Source: Octopus sinensis
Lineage: Eukaryota
Length of the DNA stretch: 64,000 nt
Direction of reading: 5' to 3'
Assembly (NCBI RefSeq): GCF_006345805.1
Contig: NC_043006.1
Location: 83,328,001 to 83,392,000 of the forward strand
The position numbers and the translations under genes were made by a program. Every line of letters starts with the position of its first letter. Positions within the stretch are counted from its first letter, which is position 1. Below, piece by piece: positions 41,516 through 55,176 of the stretch. The notes beneath the pieces were generated by a model. The model was not told the origin of the DNA, searched no databases, and saw only the letters and a list, made by a program, of their open reading frames with translations.

Positions 41516-42717
41516 TATATAATATAATAATATATACATATATTCTCTCTTTTTGTTCCAAATTATATTATGTTTTTTGTTTTGTTTTATTGTCTTTCAG
41601 ATTGAAGTTTCGCGGCAACACATTGAACACACACACAAAAAACTAGTGTAAAAAACATAAATAAATAAAGACATACGACAAGCGTATATCAAAAACAAAA
41701 TAAAACAACAAAACAATTATAGAAAAATCTAAACCAACAATGGTAAACTTCTCATCTGTAATATCGGCTTCTTCCGTGCATTAATAAATGAACGTTGGGC
41801 AACTTCGACCTACATTATATCCACAGCAATAATGAACGTTCACGCCATCAAATGAAATTCCTATAGAATTAAATGTTTATAATTTCCTGCGATAGTCTAC
41901 TACGATTATATAATGTTTGTGTATTTTAAAGCTAATTTCGATAAAAGAAATAAAATGACGGAATTTAATGATTGATGAGTCTTCAAACGTATAAATAATA
42001 AAAATACCATATCTTAATTAATAAATTTCATTTATAGAAGTGTATTTATTTGTTTTAAACTAAATAGAAGGGTGATGAATTGGCAGATTCAGTAGAGCAC
42101 CAGATGAAACGCCTTGTAGTGTTTAGTTACGATCTTTTTATCTTGTGAGTTCAAATCGCACCGATGTCCATTTAGCATTTATCATCCTTCCATGATCTTT
42201 AAGATAATGCTCATGTCAAATAATATTCATGTCAAATAATGTTCATGTCAAATAAGGGCTAGAGTTGACTTATAGCAATTCGACCTTCTTCCTTCCCAAA
42301 TACGCAATAAGCTCTAGTTTTATTTAGTAGAGTCTTAAATGGCGGTGTCGATGTTATTCGACAACCACCAAACAGCTATGTGTTCGTATCCAGGCGACAA
42401 TAGTATGTGTGGCCATGGGAAGCCACTGATCTGAGTGAACGCGTTTCTTCCCCCCGCCCCCACCTCTCTTTCTCTTATGTGTGCGTGTGTAGTTCATAGG
42501 AGAGAAGTATTGAATCCTATACATAGCAAATTCTTATTTATTAAAATTTCTTTCCCAAGGAGAAAAGGTATAGGAAATTTAGCAGCAAACGTAACCAACA
42601 ACACTGAATAGGAAAGGGAGATAATTTCAAGGAACTGAGAAAAATTCGCATTCACAGCCCAGTTAACATGCTTAGCAGAAAGTAACAAACTAATCATTGT
42701 TCTGGGAGTAAAAGACA

Positions 42718-42763
42718 GCTATGAACACGTTTCAGTTTTATAATTTGGCCTCATCAGCACAGC
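42718..42763 (-). ncRNA. Minimal type I hammerhead ribozyme (weakened stem II)
   Basis: Minus strand GCTGTG CTGATGA GGCCAAATTATAAAACT GAAAC GT GTT CATAGC: 6-bp stem I with one G-U pair, intact core, minimal stem III, GUU site; stem II only ~2 bp. Confidence 0.7.
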
Positions 42764-43796
42764 CTTGTCCCTGTCGCCTCCGAACAGGTATAAACAACCG
42801 AACATATACGAGAACTAGTACGTTCATGGAAAAGAATAATTTGCATGTATGTATGTGTGTGAGAGAGAGAGTGAGAGAGAGAGAGAGAGAAAGAAAGAAA
42901 GAAAGAAAGAAAGAGAAAGCCAATGTGCCAGTTGAGAGCAGCAGTTGCAATGCAGTAGAATTTATAAGATTTGTCCACGTACGTTTCTGAGATGGACTTT
43001 CCCTACGTAGCAAAACCTACATTCTCTGCACACAAGCATTTATTGAACTCTATAAAAACCTATTTTAAATTTTATATCACTAATAGCATTGTTTCCTTGG
43101 GATCCGGAACGTTTTACTTTAGTTTGATAAAATCTATTAAACATTTCTTATTCTAATATTATATCTCTGAATCAAGCTTATTGGCTGTAACCATGCTGGG
43201 GTATCCGTACAACTGGAATTTTACTGCACAGATAACCTACAAATACGCTACAATTTACTTTTATATTTATATAATTGTTTAGGTCAGTGCTTCATTGCTT
43301 TCATATTCGACATGAAATGATCTCGTCCTCAGCTTTCCACGTCTTTGGAGTCGGCAAAATATTTTCTGGCAAATACACTACATTCGACGTTCCATCTTCA
43401 ATTTAACATACCCGTTCCCAAACCTCATTCTCCGGTTAATATTGGTCTTATGCCAAGTATAGAGAAGTTCCTTATGTATGTTTGAATCAGACGCAGTGCG
43501 GATAGTTAAGACGTTAGAAGGCCAGGGTACTCAAGCTAAATATAGTGCATCTACTTCAATCAAGATAGATTGTGTGTTTCGTACACGGTTGATAAATTAG
43601 GTTTCAATAATGTTTGAAATTCTAGTGAGTTAATATAGTAGTAAATATAGTAGTCTTAGATTTCTTCTGCTAAGGGAGCATTTATAAGTGTGTGTATGGG
43701 TATACGCGTGCGAATGTAGATATAGTGATGTATGCATATGAATAAATACATATATTTATTTTATATGCGTATATATAGAAATATAGCATTTTATAA

Positions 43797-43847
<51 letters not shown>

Positions 43848-44128
43848 ATATATGTGTGTGTGTGTATTTATATATATAGTATGCATTTATATATTAAGCG
43901 TGTATACATCTATAGAATATATAAACACACTCATACACACATACAAAGACACACACACACACACACACACAGCTACCTCGTATCTACAATAGTTTTGACA
44001 TTCAGTGAGTGATAAATCAGGACTAGCAAGATTATACAAAGTCAAATACGAACACAGATCAAATACGTGTGTGTGTGTATGTATTTAAGAATGTAAGCGT
44101 GTGTGGTGTGTGTAATATATATATTATA

Positions 44129-44159
<31 letters not shown>

Positions 44160-44532
44160 ATATAATATATATATATATATATAATAATATACATACACAC
44201 ACACACGCACGCACACAGACACACACATATACAGGCATATATAGACTATATAATACATATGGGTGTGGGTGGGTGTATATATATGTAAATGAAATATAAA
44301 GAATTAAGGTTAAGAAAATATGTGTTATACACAGTATCGAAACCTTATATCAGGGTAAGTCCCAGGTCGTGCATCCGCGGAGCACGTTCATCACTTATGG
44401 CTACTAGGCATCATCAACGATCATTAGCAGACAACGTTGAAATAATTCCAGGAATTCTAGGAGGAACGTTGGCTATATGTTAAATAAAAACAAAAGAGAA
44501 GACGGAATGTACCAACAAAAAAATTTATGTTA

Positions 44533-44637
44533 CCACAACAATTGTTTCAACTTCAAAATGCACTGCTCCATTGTGGGCGTGAGGCGATGTAATAACACCA
44601 GATGCAATGCACAGTGCATAGAAGGCTCATCAGGTGG
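44533..44637 (-). ncRNA. Type I hammerhead ribozyme with extended stem II
   Basis: Minus strand reads CCAC CTGATGA GCCTTCTATGCACTG..(loop)..CAGTGCATTTTGAAGTT GAAAC AATT GTT GTGG: stem I CCAC/GTGG, intact core, palindromic stem III ACAATTGT, GUU cleavage site. Confidence 0.8.
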
Positions 44638-45060
44638 GATAATAAGGTTTTAAGCTAGAAGATTTACATCTGAGTTTCGCTGTATTGAGAGATTTTAGCA
44701 GCGAGACAGATGTACAGACAAACAGATGCACATTCTTACGTTTAAATCAATTCAAAGACGTACAGACGCACACGTTAATAGTTATACTCGTGGACACACA
44801 CCAGCACACACATGTATGAATGTCAGTCAGTCACACACGCACACAGCTATACACACATGCACACACGCACACAGGTACACGCACAGGCACACTCACACAG
44901 TCACATTCGCACACTCACGCAAAGTTCACAGACCCCTCCCCACACACACACACATACACACACACGCACACACACACGCCCCATCACATCCACACCACAG
45001 GACGTACAAATCCAAATGTACATACATATATGAATATTATATATATATATGTATGTATGC

Positions 45061-45100
<40 letters not shown>

Positions 45101-45161
45101 CACATATATAGGTATATATATAGGTATATATATATAGATATATTTATATACATATACATAC

Positions 45162-45193
<32 letters not shown>

Positions 45194-45868
45194 ATATATA
45201 TACACATAAGTCTACATATGTACGTATGTATGTATGTATGTATGTATGTATGTATGTATGTATGTATGTATGTATGTATGTAGTGTGTATGTATGTATAA
45301 AGGGAAATTCCTAGAACGAAGATAAGAGCATAGCGCTGGACCAGAACACATCCATGTCATGCTGGAAGGTGATAAAATTCCCTCAGCAAATCCTTACTCC
45401 TTCATCAATGTCATCTCTCTATACATCTACTTATATATATATGAATAATGACCGTGCCTTTTCAAAGATATCTTAGGAGAGAAGTTAAAAACTGCAAATA
45501 TACATAAATATATATCTTGTATTTGTATACACACACACACATTTATTATGACTGGTGTATTTATAAACTAATATCATAAAATAATAAATAATCATATATT
45601 TCCAAGATTATTTAGACGACTGGCTTTATCTTGTAAGTTAAGTCTTTTGGAACTACTTGGATAAATCAAATTCTTTGTAAATGTAGCAATTATACCGACA
45701 ACAATGATTATGGGGATTTCGTTTCATATACATACATACAGTGTGTTTATCCATACACACACACACACATACACATACACACACAGCCCCATCGGCATTT
45801 TCAGTTGGTGTGTTTCTGAGGAGAATCAGCTGATTAGAAACATTAGTACTGGTGTCGGCCACTCATGC

Positions 45869-45920
<52 letters not shown>

Positions 45921-46185
45921 TGATGATGATGATGATGATACACATAGATGAAAACCATATTTTCATGAGGAAATGAAAATATATTTGTGATGCACATATC
46001 AGATTCATATAACAGAGAGTGCACGACATTGCACAGACCGCATCGCACTAACGAATGTATGAAGTTCCGTAAACATTCAAAAGACATTATATGAAGAAAA
46101 TAGGTCAAAGAAGGACTGGTGAATGCAATTATATGCGTAACCACATTCATACATACATACATACATGCATACATACATACATGCA

Positions 46186-46220
<35 letters not shown>

Positions 46221-46259
46221 GTGCATCTGTATATATATATTATATATATATATATATAT

Positions 46260-46307
46260 ATAGATAGATGATATATAGATATAAGATAGATAGATAGATA
46301 GATAGAT

Positions 46308-46341
<34 letters not shown>

Positions 46342-46581
46342 CATTATTTAACAGACACAGTATATGTTTTTTTGGGTTACTATTAGTTTCATGTGATGAC
46401 AGCATGCCAGACAGTATTTTTACACACGTTTGATGTCTAGGCCCAATCTTCAGGCACTGCCCACATGGCATAACAAACTAAAAATGGGACGAGAGGATCA
46501 GGGGAAAAGCGAAAAAACAAAGCGAGAAAAAAGTGGATATAAAAGGTGGAAGGTTGATCTTACCAACACAGAACAGTACAC

Positions 46582-46631
<50 letters not shown>

Positions 46632-47296
46632 ATATATATTATATATATATAAATAATATATATATATTATAATTCGCGAGTGTCTTTGTGTCCGTTTTTG
46701 ACTCCATCACCGTTTGACAACCGATATTGTTTTCTTTAGTTCTTGTAAGTTAGTGGTTCAGCAAAAGGCACCGATAGTATAAGTACCAAGCTTTAAAAAA
46801 AAACCCAGAAAGGTCGATTCGTTCAACTAAAAATACTTTAAAGCAATGCCTGAGCATGGTCGCGTCTAATGACTGAAACAAGTAAAAGATAAAAAAAAAA
46901 AAACACACACGCACACAAAAGATAAACTGAATGCTCCACACTGAAATAATAAAATGGAAAAATAAAAAAAAATGGAATGAACCACTTTCAAGTTCAACAA
47001 ACTTGACCGATTCGCAACAGTGAAAGCACCGTTTTAGACTTCCGTACACACAAATGTCTTTTTGTTGTTATTAGCAGCGTAGATGTCAAAGATCTTTTTT
47101 ATGTCTGCGATGAGGGGAGGGAATTTTGGGCGTGTAGTGAGTGTTTGTACATGTGCTCGTGTACGTGTGCGTGCGTGTGTATGCATATGTAAATGTGTAC
47201 GTATATACACACATACACACATATATACGTATATATATATGTATGTGTGTGTATTATATATATATATATAATATATATAGATAGATAGATAGATAT

Positions 47297-47363
<67 letters not shown>

Positions 47364-47607
47364 CATTATTTAACAGACACAGTATATGTTTTTATGGGTT
47401 ACTATTAGTTTCATGTGATGACAGCATGCCAGACAGTATTTTTAACACACGTTTGATGTCTAGGCCCAATCTTCAGGCACTGCCCACATGGCATAACAAC
47501 TAAAAAATGGGACGAGAGGATCAGGGGAAAAGCGAAAAAACAAAGCGAGAAAAAAGTGGATATAAAAGGTGGAAGGTTGATCTTACCAACACAGAACAGT
47601 ACACGAC

Positions 47608-47697
<90 letters not shown>

Positions 47698-48282
47698 TCG
47701 CGAGTGTCTTTGTGTCCGTTTTTGACTCCATCACCGTTTGACAACCGATATTGTTTTCTTTAGTTCTTTGTAAGTTAGTGGTTCAGCAAAAGGCACCGAT
47801 AGGATAAGTACCAAGCTTTAAAAAAAAACCCAGAAAGGTCGATTCGTTCAACTAAAAATACTTTAAAGCAATGCCTGAGCATGGTCGCAGTCTAATGACT
47901 GAAACAAGTAAAAGATAAAAAAAAAAAAACACACACGCACACAAAAGATAAACTGAATGCTCCACACTGAAATAATAAAATGGAAAAATAAAAAAAAATG
48001 GAATGAACCACTTTCAAGTTCAACAAACTTGACCGATTCGCAACAGTGAAAGCACCGGTTTAGACTTCCGTACACACAAATGTCTTGTTTGTTGTTATTA
48101 GCAGCGTAGATGTCAAAGATCTTTTGTATGTCTGCGATGAGGGGAGGGAATTTTGGGCGTGTAAGTGAGTGTTTGTACATGTGCTCGTGTACGTGTGCGT
48201 GCGTGTGTATGCATATGTAAATGTGTACGTATATACACACATACACACATATATACGTATATATATATGTATGTGTGTATAA

Positions 48283-48300
<18 letters not shown>
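46260..48300 (+). repeat. Tandem duplication, ~1022-bp unit x2
   Basis: acattatttaacagacacag at 46341 and 47363; near-identical throughout. Confidence 0.95.
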
Positions 48301-48373
<73 letters not shown>

Positions 48374-48519
48374 TCACACTTTATATACACTCACACACGT
48401 ATCTTCATATATTCATTTAATGGATGGCTCTGTGTGTGTTTAGGGTATCAAGTACAGCTGTCTCTAACTGATCTTCTTAAAGGGCCGAATGACGACTACC
48501 AGTTTCAAAATTAGCCTGC

Positions 48520-50120
48520 TAATGGTTATTTCACCCAGGCCAAACCTCATTGAGTCGACTGATGATCAAAGACGTTCCAGCCGTGACCTAAACGTTTTTT
48601 TTGTTTTTTTTTTACCAGAGGCAACATTGGCCTTTAATTACGGACGAAGCTATGTATGGCCTTTAATTTCGGACGAACCTGACTTTTATTTCTAGCAGAT
48701 CTTGTGTCCACCTAGATGTTCCTTGTGATAGAAATGATAGGAACTTTATCTGCAAGCTAGGCAAGGGAGACAGCTGATGTGAAGTACACAAATTTTAAAA
48801 TCCTAAAGTGTATTACAATTTAGGATTTTAAAATACCTTTGGTATTTTAACTCAGTATTCTAATGCTTTTAAACCAAGTATAAACACTTTAATAGCATAA
48901 TTTTCTAAACAAAATTCAGCACTCTACTATAGCTCGCGTATGTTTCCAATATGGCGGTATTTGATAACAAGTCCGTTATGACTCCAATGTGGCGGTATTT
49001 GACTATGAGTCTCTTACTTTCCAGTATGGCGGTGCTTGACTACAAGTGGCTTATTCTTTCAATGTGGCGGCACTTGACTAAAAAGTCTAAAATCCATGCT
49101 GACGGTGTTTCCCCACCGACGTTGTAGTTATTATTTATCGCCAGCTACGCCTTAGAACAAACCTTCGCTCAAAGGCGTCCCAGTCACGACCATCTCGTCT
49201 TTTTTATATGCAACACAATCTCCATAAACTAGAAAGCCTTAAACAAGTATTAGTTATATTAGAATTGGAAATCCTAAGGACAATCACGCAATATCAATAT
49301 ATATTAAAATATATGCAGCAAACCCACTATAAACCAAGAAACATACATACATACATACATACATACATACATACATACATACATACATACATACATACAT
49401 ACATACATACATACATACACACATAAATACACACACACATATCAGGTTATCTAAAACGGTGTGCTAGGAATTGAGGGAACTTGGCTGCTATTTCTATATT
49501 TCTAACGTGGTGATCGAGCATGTAAAAGCCCTGTTATTAACTCAAAGTTTTCCGTTTCTCTGTATATTTGGGAAGTGTAACTTAATTGAATGCTCCTCAG
49601 TTCAACAACCTGTCAAGTATCATTTACCATTCTATCTAAAAAGTACTTACCCCCAATTAGCCTCAGGGAGACTTTATTTTTATCCACCCACGCTATTAAA
49701 TCAAAGCTAATTGATAGCTTTAGGCGGCTTAACAGACTTCTGAAATCATTTACATCAATTATAGTTACACCTAAAAATTATTTCGTTTTCCACAAGATCT
49801 CATCAAAAATCCCCTTTTATTTTAACTTTTTGAGATGGTGGATGAGGGAAAAGAACCGGGGTATATATGATTCACCAGGCTCGGCATATAAAATTGGTAT
49901 CTTAGAGTCAAGAAGGAATCTCTGCACCGTCAGATGACTTGCGAGAAATAACTGCTAAATCTCTCTTAAGGACGATGAGCCCACCGTCTTTAAAGAAAAC
50001 ATTAGAAGGACATAATATTAGTTAATGTAGTCCTAGATATCCTTAAAGAGGGGAATGGTCATAGCTTGGAATGTCTTTGATTATAAGTTTCTTCCATAAC
50101 GGTCGACCTGCGGTTAAACA
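48520..50120. repeat. Copies of an old dispersed repeat (caaaggcgttccagccgtgacc ... ttggctgctatttctagc), also near 560-650, 3540-3680, 12200-12340 and 32150-32330
   Basis: The same two motifs recur on both strands across the window. Confidence 0.55.
48943..49088 (+). repeat. Minisatellite, 37-38 bp x4
   Basis: ccaatatggcggtatttgac-type units at 48946, 48984, 49021 and 49059. Confidence 0.9.
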
Positions 50121-50464
50121 ACAACTATAACAGCAGTAAAAATAAATTCTTACATTGACACCAAAGTGTACATTTGTGGTGGAAGTTTACGCTTAAATCA
50201 ACAAGTTTGGCACATACCATACTTTCCCTGCCAACCACCACTACCACCACCGCCACCGCCGCCCCACATTACAAAATAAAAAAAAAACAAATAATATAAT
50301 CTTTGCAAGAATTTAAATACTATCGTTATTTAGTATCTCTACTAACCTAACGATTATAACTAGCAGGCCCCGCGTAAATTCCACAATTCATAGTCTTATA
50401 TTTCCTGTTTCAATTTTAACACATAAAATTTAAGGTACTCCATAATATTACAATTAGTTTAAAA

Positions 50465-50770
50465 ACTAGGATTATGTTTTCGATTTCGTTCCGTAGTTAA
50501 ATATATTTAAAGAAGCCTTACACTAAATCTTGCTTCAATAGGTTAAACATTTTCGCTATATCTTCGATTTCTTTCCATGGACAAACTTACTGAAAGCCTG
50601 ACACTGGATCTTGTTTCAATTGTGTTAAATATTTCCATTGTGTCTTCGATTTCCTTCCCAGTGAAGATAATTGAATGCTCGACAGTGGATCTTGTTTCAG
50701 TTATGCTAGATATTTCCGTTATGGTCTCAATTTCGTTCCATAGTCAAGATCGCGTGAAAGCATAACATTC
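50465..50770 (+). repeat. Diverged minisatellite, ~82 bp x3.5
   Basis: ttcgatttc anchors at 50479, 50563, 50645 and 50726. Confidence 0.85.
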
Positions 50771-51190
50771 AAACACATACCGTGACAGCCTGAGCAACGT
50801 TATAGATGATGATTTATAAACATAGATACAAGGAGAAAGAAATACGGAGTAGCACAATCAACCAAATTGCTCGCATTACTTGACACTCAGAAAGATGAAA
50901 ACAAAACAGAAAAAATGCTGACTTTGGAGCAGGATTTGAACTCTGCATTTCGAAAAGACTTAATTAATTACTATAATGCTTTTAACACGCCGTCATCCCT
51001 TTACTGATTCAGCCTCATATCTACTACAACAGATAACACCTACATATTTCTAATATATTCCTCGGATCTTGGCAGTGGACTGATGGAATTGGTAAAGCGA
51101 CAGATATAATATATATGTAACATATGGTATAATTATAAACAGGGCAAATTTTAGTCATTTCTCCGCAGACTGAAAGAAAAATGATGAACA

Positions 51191-51233
51191 ACCTTAATCG
51201 ATTTACGAACTTTATTGGGTTCTCATCAGAGGT
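51191..51233 (-). ncRNA. Hammerhead motif, copy 1 of tandem pair (one core substitution)
   Basis: Minus strand ACCT CTGATGA GAAC CCAATAAA GTTC GTAA ATCGAT TA AGGT; stems I-III present, GAAA changed to GTAA. Confidence 0.6.
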
Positions 51234-51525
51234 ATCTACAACATTTGGTCGGTCTCCAGAGAAACAAAGAGCCAAACTGTTTATATACTCAATAAGTGCA
51301 GTAGTTACTCTATGAAGAGGCCTAATTTGGATACCGAAAGTGTTTAATACTCTATAAATACCAGTAGCCTGTCAATGGGGATCTTAATCCACACAGTATC
51401 AAGGTATGATATAAGTAACATATAAGTAACATTTGGTATATATAAGTAGTATATAAGTAACATTTAGTATAATTATAAACAGGGCAAACTCGAGCCATTT
51501 CTCCACAGACTGAAAAAAATGAACA

Positions 51526-51567
51526 ACCTTAATCGATTTTTGAACCTTATTGGGTTCTCATTATAGG
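51526..51567 (-). pseudogene. Decayed hammerhead motif, copy 2 of tandem pair
   Basis: Minus strand CCT ATAATGA GAACC CAATAA GGTTC AAAA ATCGAT TA AGGT; clearly homologous to copy 1, with three core substitutions. Confidence 0.55.
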
Positions 51568-54060
51568 CGTATAGCAGTATTAAGTTGCGGTCGTTCACAT
51601 TATGGGTTCTGATTCCATCTCGGTGACTTTGATTTTCATCCTTCCGGTATCGATAAAATAAGTAACTGTCAAGTGTTAGAATCACTATAAGAAACAGGTC
51701 CCTCCCTATAAACTTCTAGTCCAGCAAGAAATTATTATATTCCAGCGGTCATAAATTGTAGGGGTCTCGCTTATATGTTATAATCGATTAAACTCACTGC
51801 CTTACTTCCTTCGTACCTTTATAGATGATTGATTTGTTAGGGGGAAACTACTAAAAACTACAAGGCGTTTAATCCAACTATCGCTCGATACACTCTGCAA
51901 ATCCAGTTCTCTCACTTTTGTTAGTAAAAACAACAATAATAACAATTAACAGAATCTCTTCAGATTATTTCTTGAACACTGATGGTTAATTAAAATGTAA
52001 AATTTTAGAAGTTGCCCAACGTTCAATTGGTTAAAACATGCATAACATTTCATTGCTGTTTTTCATTTTTTACATTTTCTCTTTTTCCATTTTTATTATT
52101 TCTTATTCTTACTTTCGCTTTCATGAAACGAACGTAAAGAGAGAAAAATTATCGATCATAAGCTTGAATGATTTGCTATAGAGCATGTAACAATTTTAAA
52201 TACCCCGTCCCAATGAAAAAGAAACCATTTGACAAATTGAGTTAAGCATTGTTTTTTTACGAGATAAAAATAAAGTTCGTCTTATTTATATCATGTGGTT
52301 GTTTGCAGATTTGTTAATGTGCCTTTATTATTAAGCATTATTGAAAACAGCTATATGAATATATACATGTAGCCATTCAGTTCACAATAGTTCAAGCTAA
52401 ATCTATAAGTTTGGCATTGTAAAAAATAGTTCCATTGTAAAAAAAAAAAACACTAAAAATTTCACAGCATCACTTTTTGAAAAATTGTGTTCTTGCTTTG
52501 TATTTTGGCTTAAATTTTATTGTTTGTTGTTGCTATTGTTAATACACTTTCCTTGTTCTTTTGTTTTTGCTCTTTACTTTTATTATTATTATTGTTGTTA
52601 TTATTATTCATTACACTACACATGCATGTATAAATGCATATATAAAGACACACACACACACAAATATATAAATGGCTCACAACCATATATTTTAAAACAC
52701 GTTATAACCACCATCTGAACGCGTTTAGAAATAAATAGAAACGAAACCATTTCTTCGCTCTCTATATTTATTTGAGTGGTGGGATGCATAAAATCACATC
52801 GAACAATATAATATAAAATGCAGTATCATCTCGGAAGTTAGGTCACTCGCCCAACAAAAAACTCTTATTAGAAAACCTTAATCTCATCATGTATCCCAGT
52901 TGACATTACATTACTTTTAATAGTGCATTTTCATTCTCTCCAATATTTCTGAAAGTGAAAAGCCCCACTACCTAGAATAAAACACAATATTTCACTTGCA
53001 TTAACCTCACAAAATTCATAAGCATAGGCTTTTAATATAAGTAGTGTCTTGCATACATTTTCCTTTGCAAATAGGTGTTTCCTATTTGACTCGATCGTAT
53101 ACGAAAGCTTATTCCCATATCTAAATTTACATGTAAAGGGACACGAGGCTGTATTTGAGAGTAAGTGAATGAGAGTATGAGAGTTCGAGAGAGTATGAGT
53201 GTCTTTTTTAAAGATAGAAATCCACGACATATACAGTAATCCATCCACCAACTCGCTTCCAGTCCAAATTTTAAATTTGTTTCTCGCCTCACACTCTTAT
53301 GAAAATACCCCCCCCCCACACACACACGCTTTTTCTCTCTTTCTCTTCTCTCCTCCACTGACTTATTGTCTGTATCCTCTCAGCCTACAACTTTTTCTAT
53401 TCAAAGTGTTTTCTAATCCAATATTTACTGGCTGTTATTCATAGCTTTAACAGCTTCGAGTTTCACCGTTCCAAAAATGAATTATTTCAAAATCATCTAC
53501 GTTGGTCGATATTTTATTCCCCTTTAAACCGTATAATTAATTGAAAATCATTTTAAATATAATTTAAATGTTTTATATATCCTTTTATTTTCTTCTTTCT
53601 TATTAAAAAAATTTTAAATTGTGAAATTTTTTTGATAATATTTAAAGAATAAATAAAATGCTATTTTAACTGGCCGAGGAAAATTCACCACCATAGGGAA
53701 AATTGAACCTACGACTCATTTCTCAAATAAATAAATAGATAAATAGATATATAAATAAGTCCATTCTTGAAGACAATGTTTTTTATTCTTTGCGTATTAC
53801 CATTCCATTGTTTTTTTCTAAAATAAACAATCACCCCCACCTCTTACCTCACAAATAAACATCTACGTTCACGCTTTGGCTGCCAGTATTTCCTTTTCTT
53901 TTCTTTCTTACGACGAGGAAGCCCTGACAGGTCTATACATAGGAATAATTGACAATGTTATTTTAATGCTTACGACCCCCCACGTGCGTCTCTCTCTCTC
54001 TCTATATATATATATATGTATGTATGTATGAATGTATGTATGTTTGTATGTATGTATGTA

Positions 54061-54107
<47 letters not shown>

Positions 54108-54797
54108 GTATATGTATATGTATATATACGTACATATATATATATATAAATATATATATGTATGTATATGTATATATACATACATATATATATATATATT
54201 ATATATATATATATATATAAATATATATACACATACATATATATGTATGTATACACATATATATAAGTGTGTGTGTGTGTGTGTGGTGTGTGTATTTGTG
54301 TTTGTGTGTGTGTGTAGCTAAAGTAATGCCGACAACAGAAATTAGCGCTGTCTGCAAGGGAACGGGGAGAAATAGCTACCCCCAAAACACCTCCTCCTCC
54401 TCTTCCGATCCTTTCACGCAGTCAGACTTTTCCCGCTCTCCCTCCATGCCCCTCACTCTTTGCCTCTCATCGCTTTTAGAGTAAACAACGATTTACTGAC
54501 TGCAAATTGCAGAATTCGCATATACATACATATACACATACATACATACATACATACATACATACACACAAACACAAACATACACACATACATTTGTGTG
54601 TGTGTGTGCGTGTGTACGTGTGTGTGTGCGTGTGTACGTGTGTACGTGTGTGTGTACGTGTGTGTGTGCGTATGTTCTCTTCAACTCCTTCGCAACTGAA
54701 TCAGCTGGGACTTCTTCGGTCGCCAGTAAAGCTTGATGCAAAACTTGGTATCTGAACCCCTTGTGAGCTTGTATCTGAACCCCGATGAAAACTCAGT

Positions 54798-55176
54798 GGA
54801 TCTTTTCGGTTTGAACGGCAGTTTTTCTAGCGGTGTCATATGAAATTGTATCGATCTATTGCATTTCAATCTGCTTTAGGTTTAGGGTTAGGGGTGGGGA
54901 AAGGGTATCTTTTTTTCTTCACAAATGTAAATAAACCCAATCTGTTTCTTAAACGAGGGACATATTCATACAGCACAGAATGTTTTTTACCTCAATAGAC
55001 GTCATTGATTGGTAGAAATTGCAGAAATTGAAGAAAAAAACAACAAATATCTTACAAAGTATAGAATTTTCTCAATAAAGCCAAGAGAAAAATCATTCTA
55101 CCAGTATACGATGTTTCAAAGTGTTTGGTTACGTGGAAATTATTTTAAAAAACTGCCGTTCAAACCGAAAAGATCG
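54798..55176. mobile_element. MITE with 28-bp TIRs and 8-bp TSD (hAT-like)
   Basis: TIR gatcttttcggtttgaacggcagttttt / aaaaactgccgttcaaaccgaaaagatc; TSD aactcagt at 54790-97 and 55177-84. Confidence 0.9.

Noticed and set aside
48943-49088. CRISPR-like repeat-spacer appearance
   Set aside because: The spacers are homologous to each other, the context is eukaryotic, and there are no cas genes.
54325-54484. Ser-rich [15 protein letters not shown]...
   Set aside because: Driven by a CT-rich low-complexity tract; no splice support.
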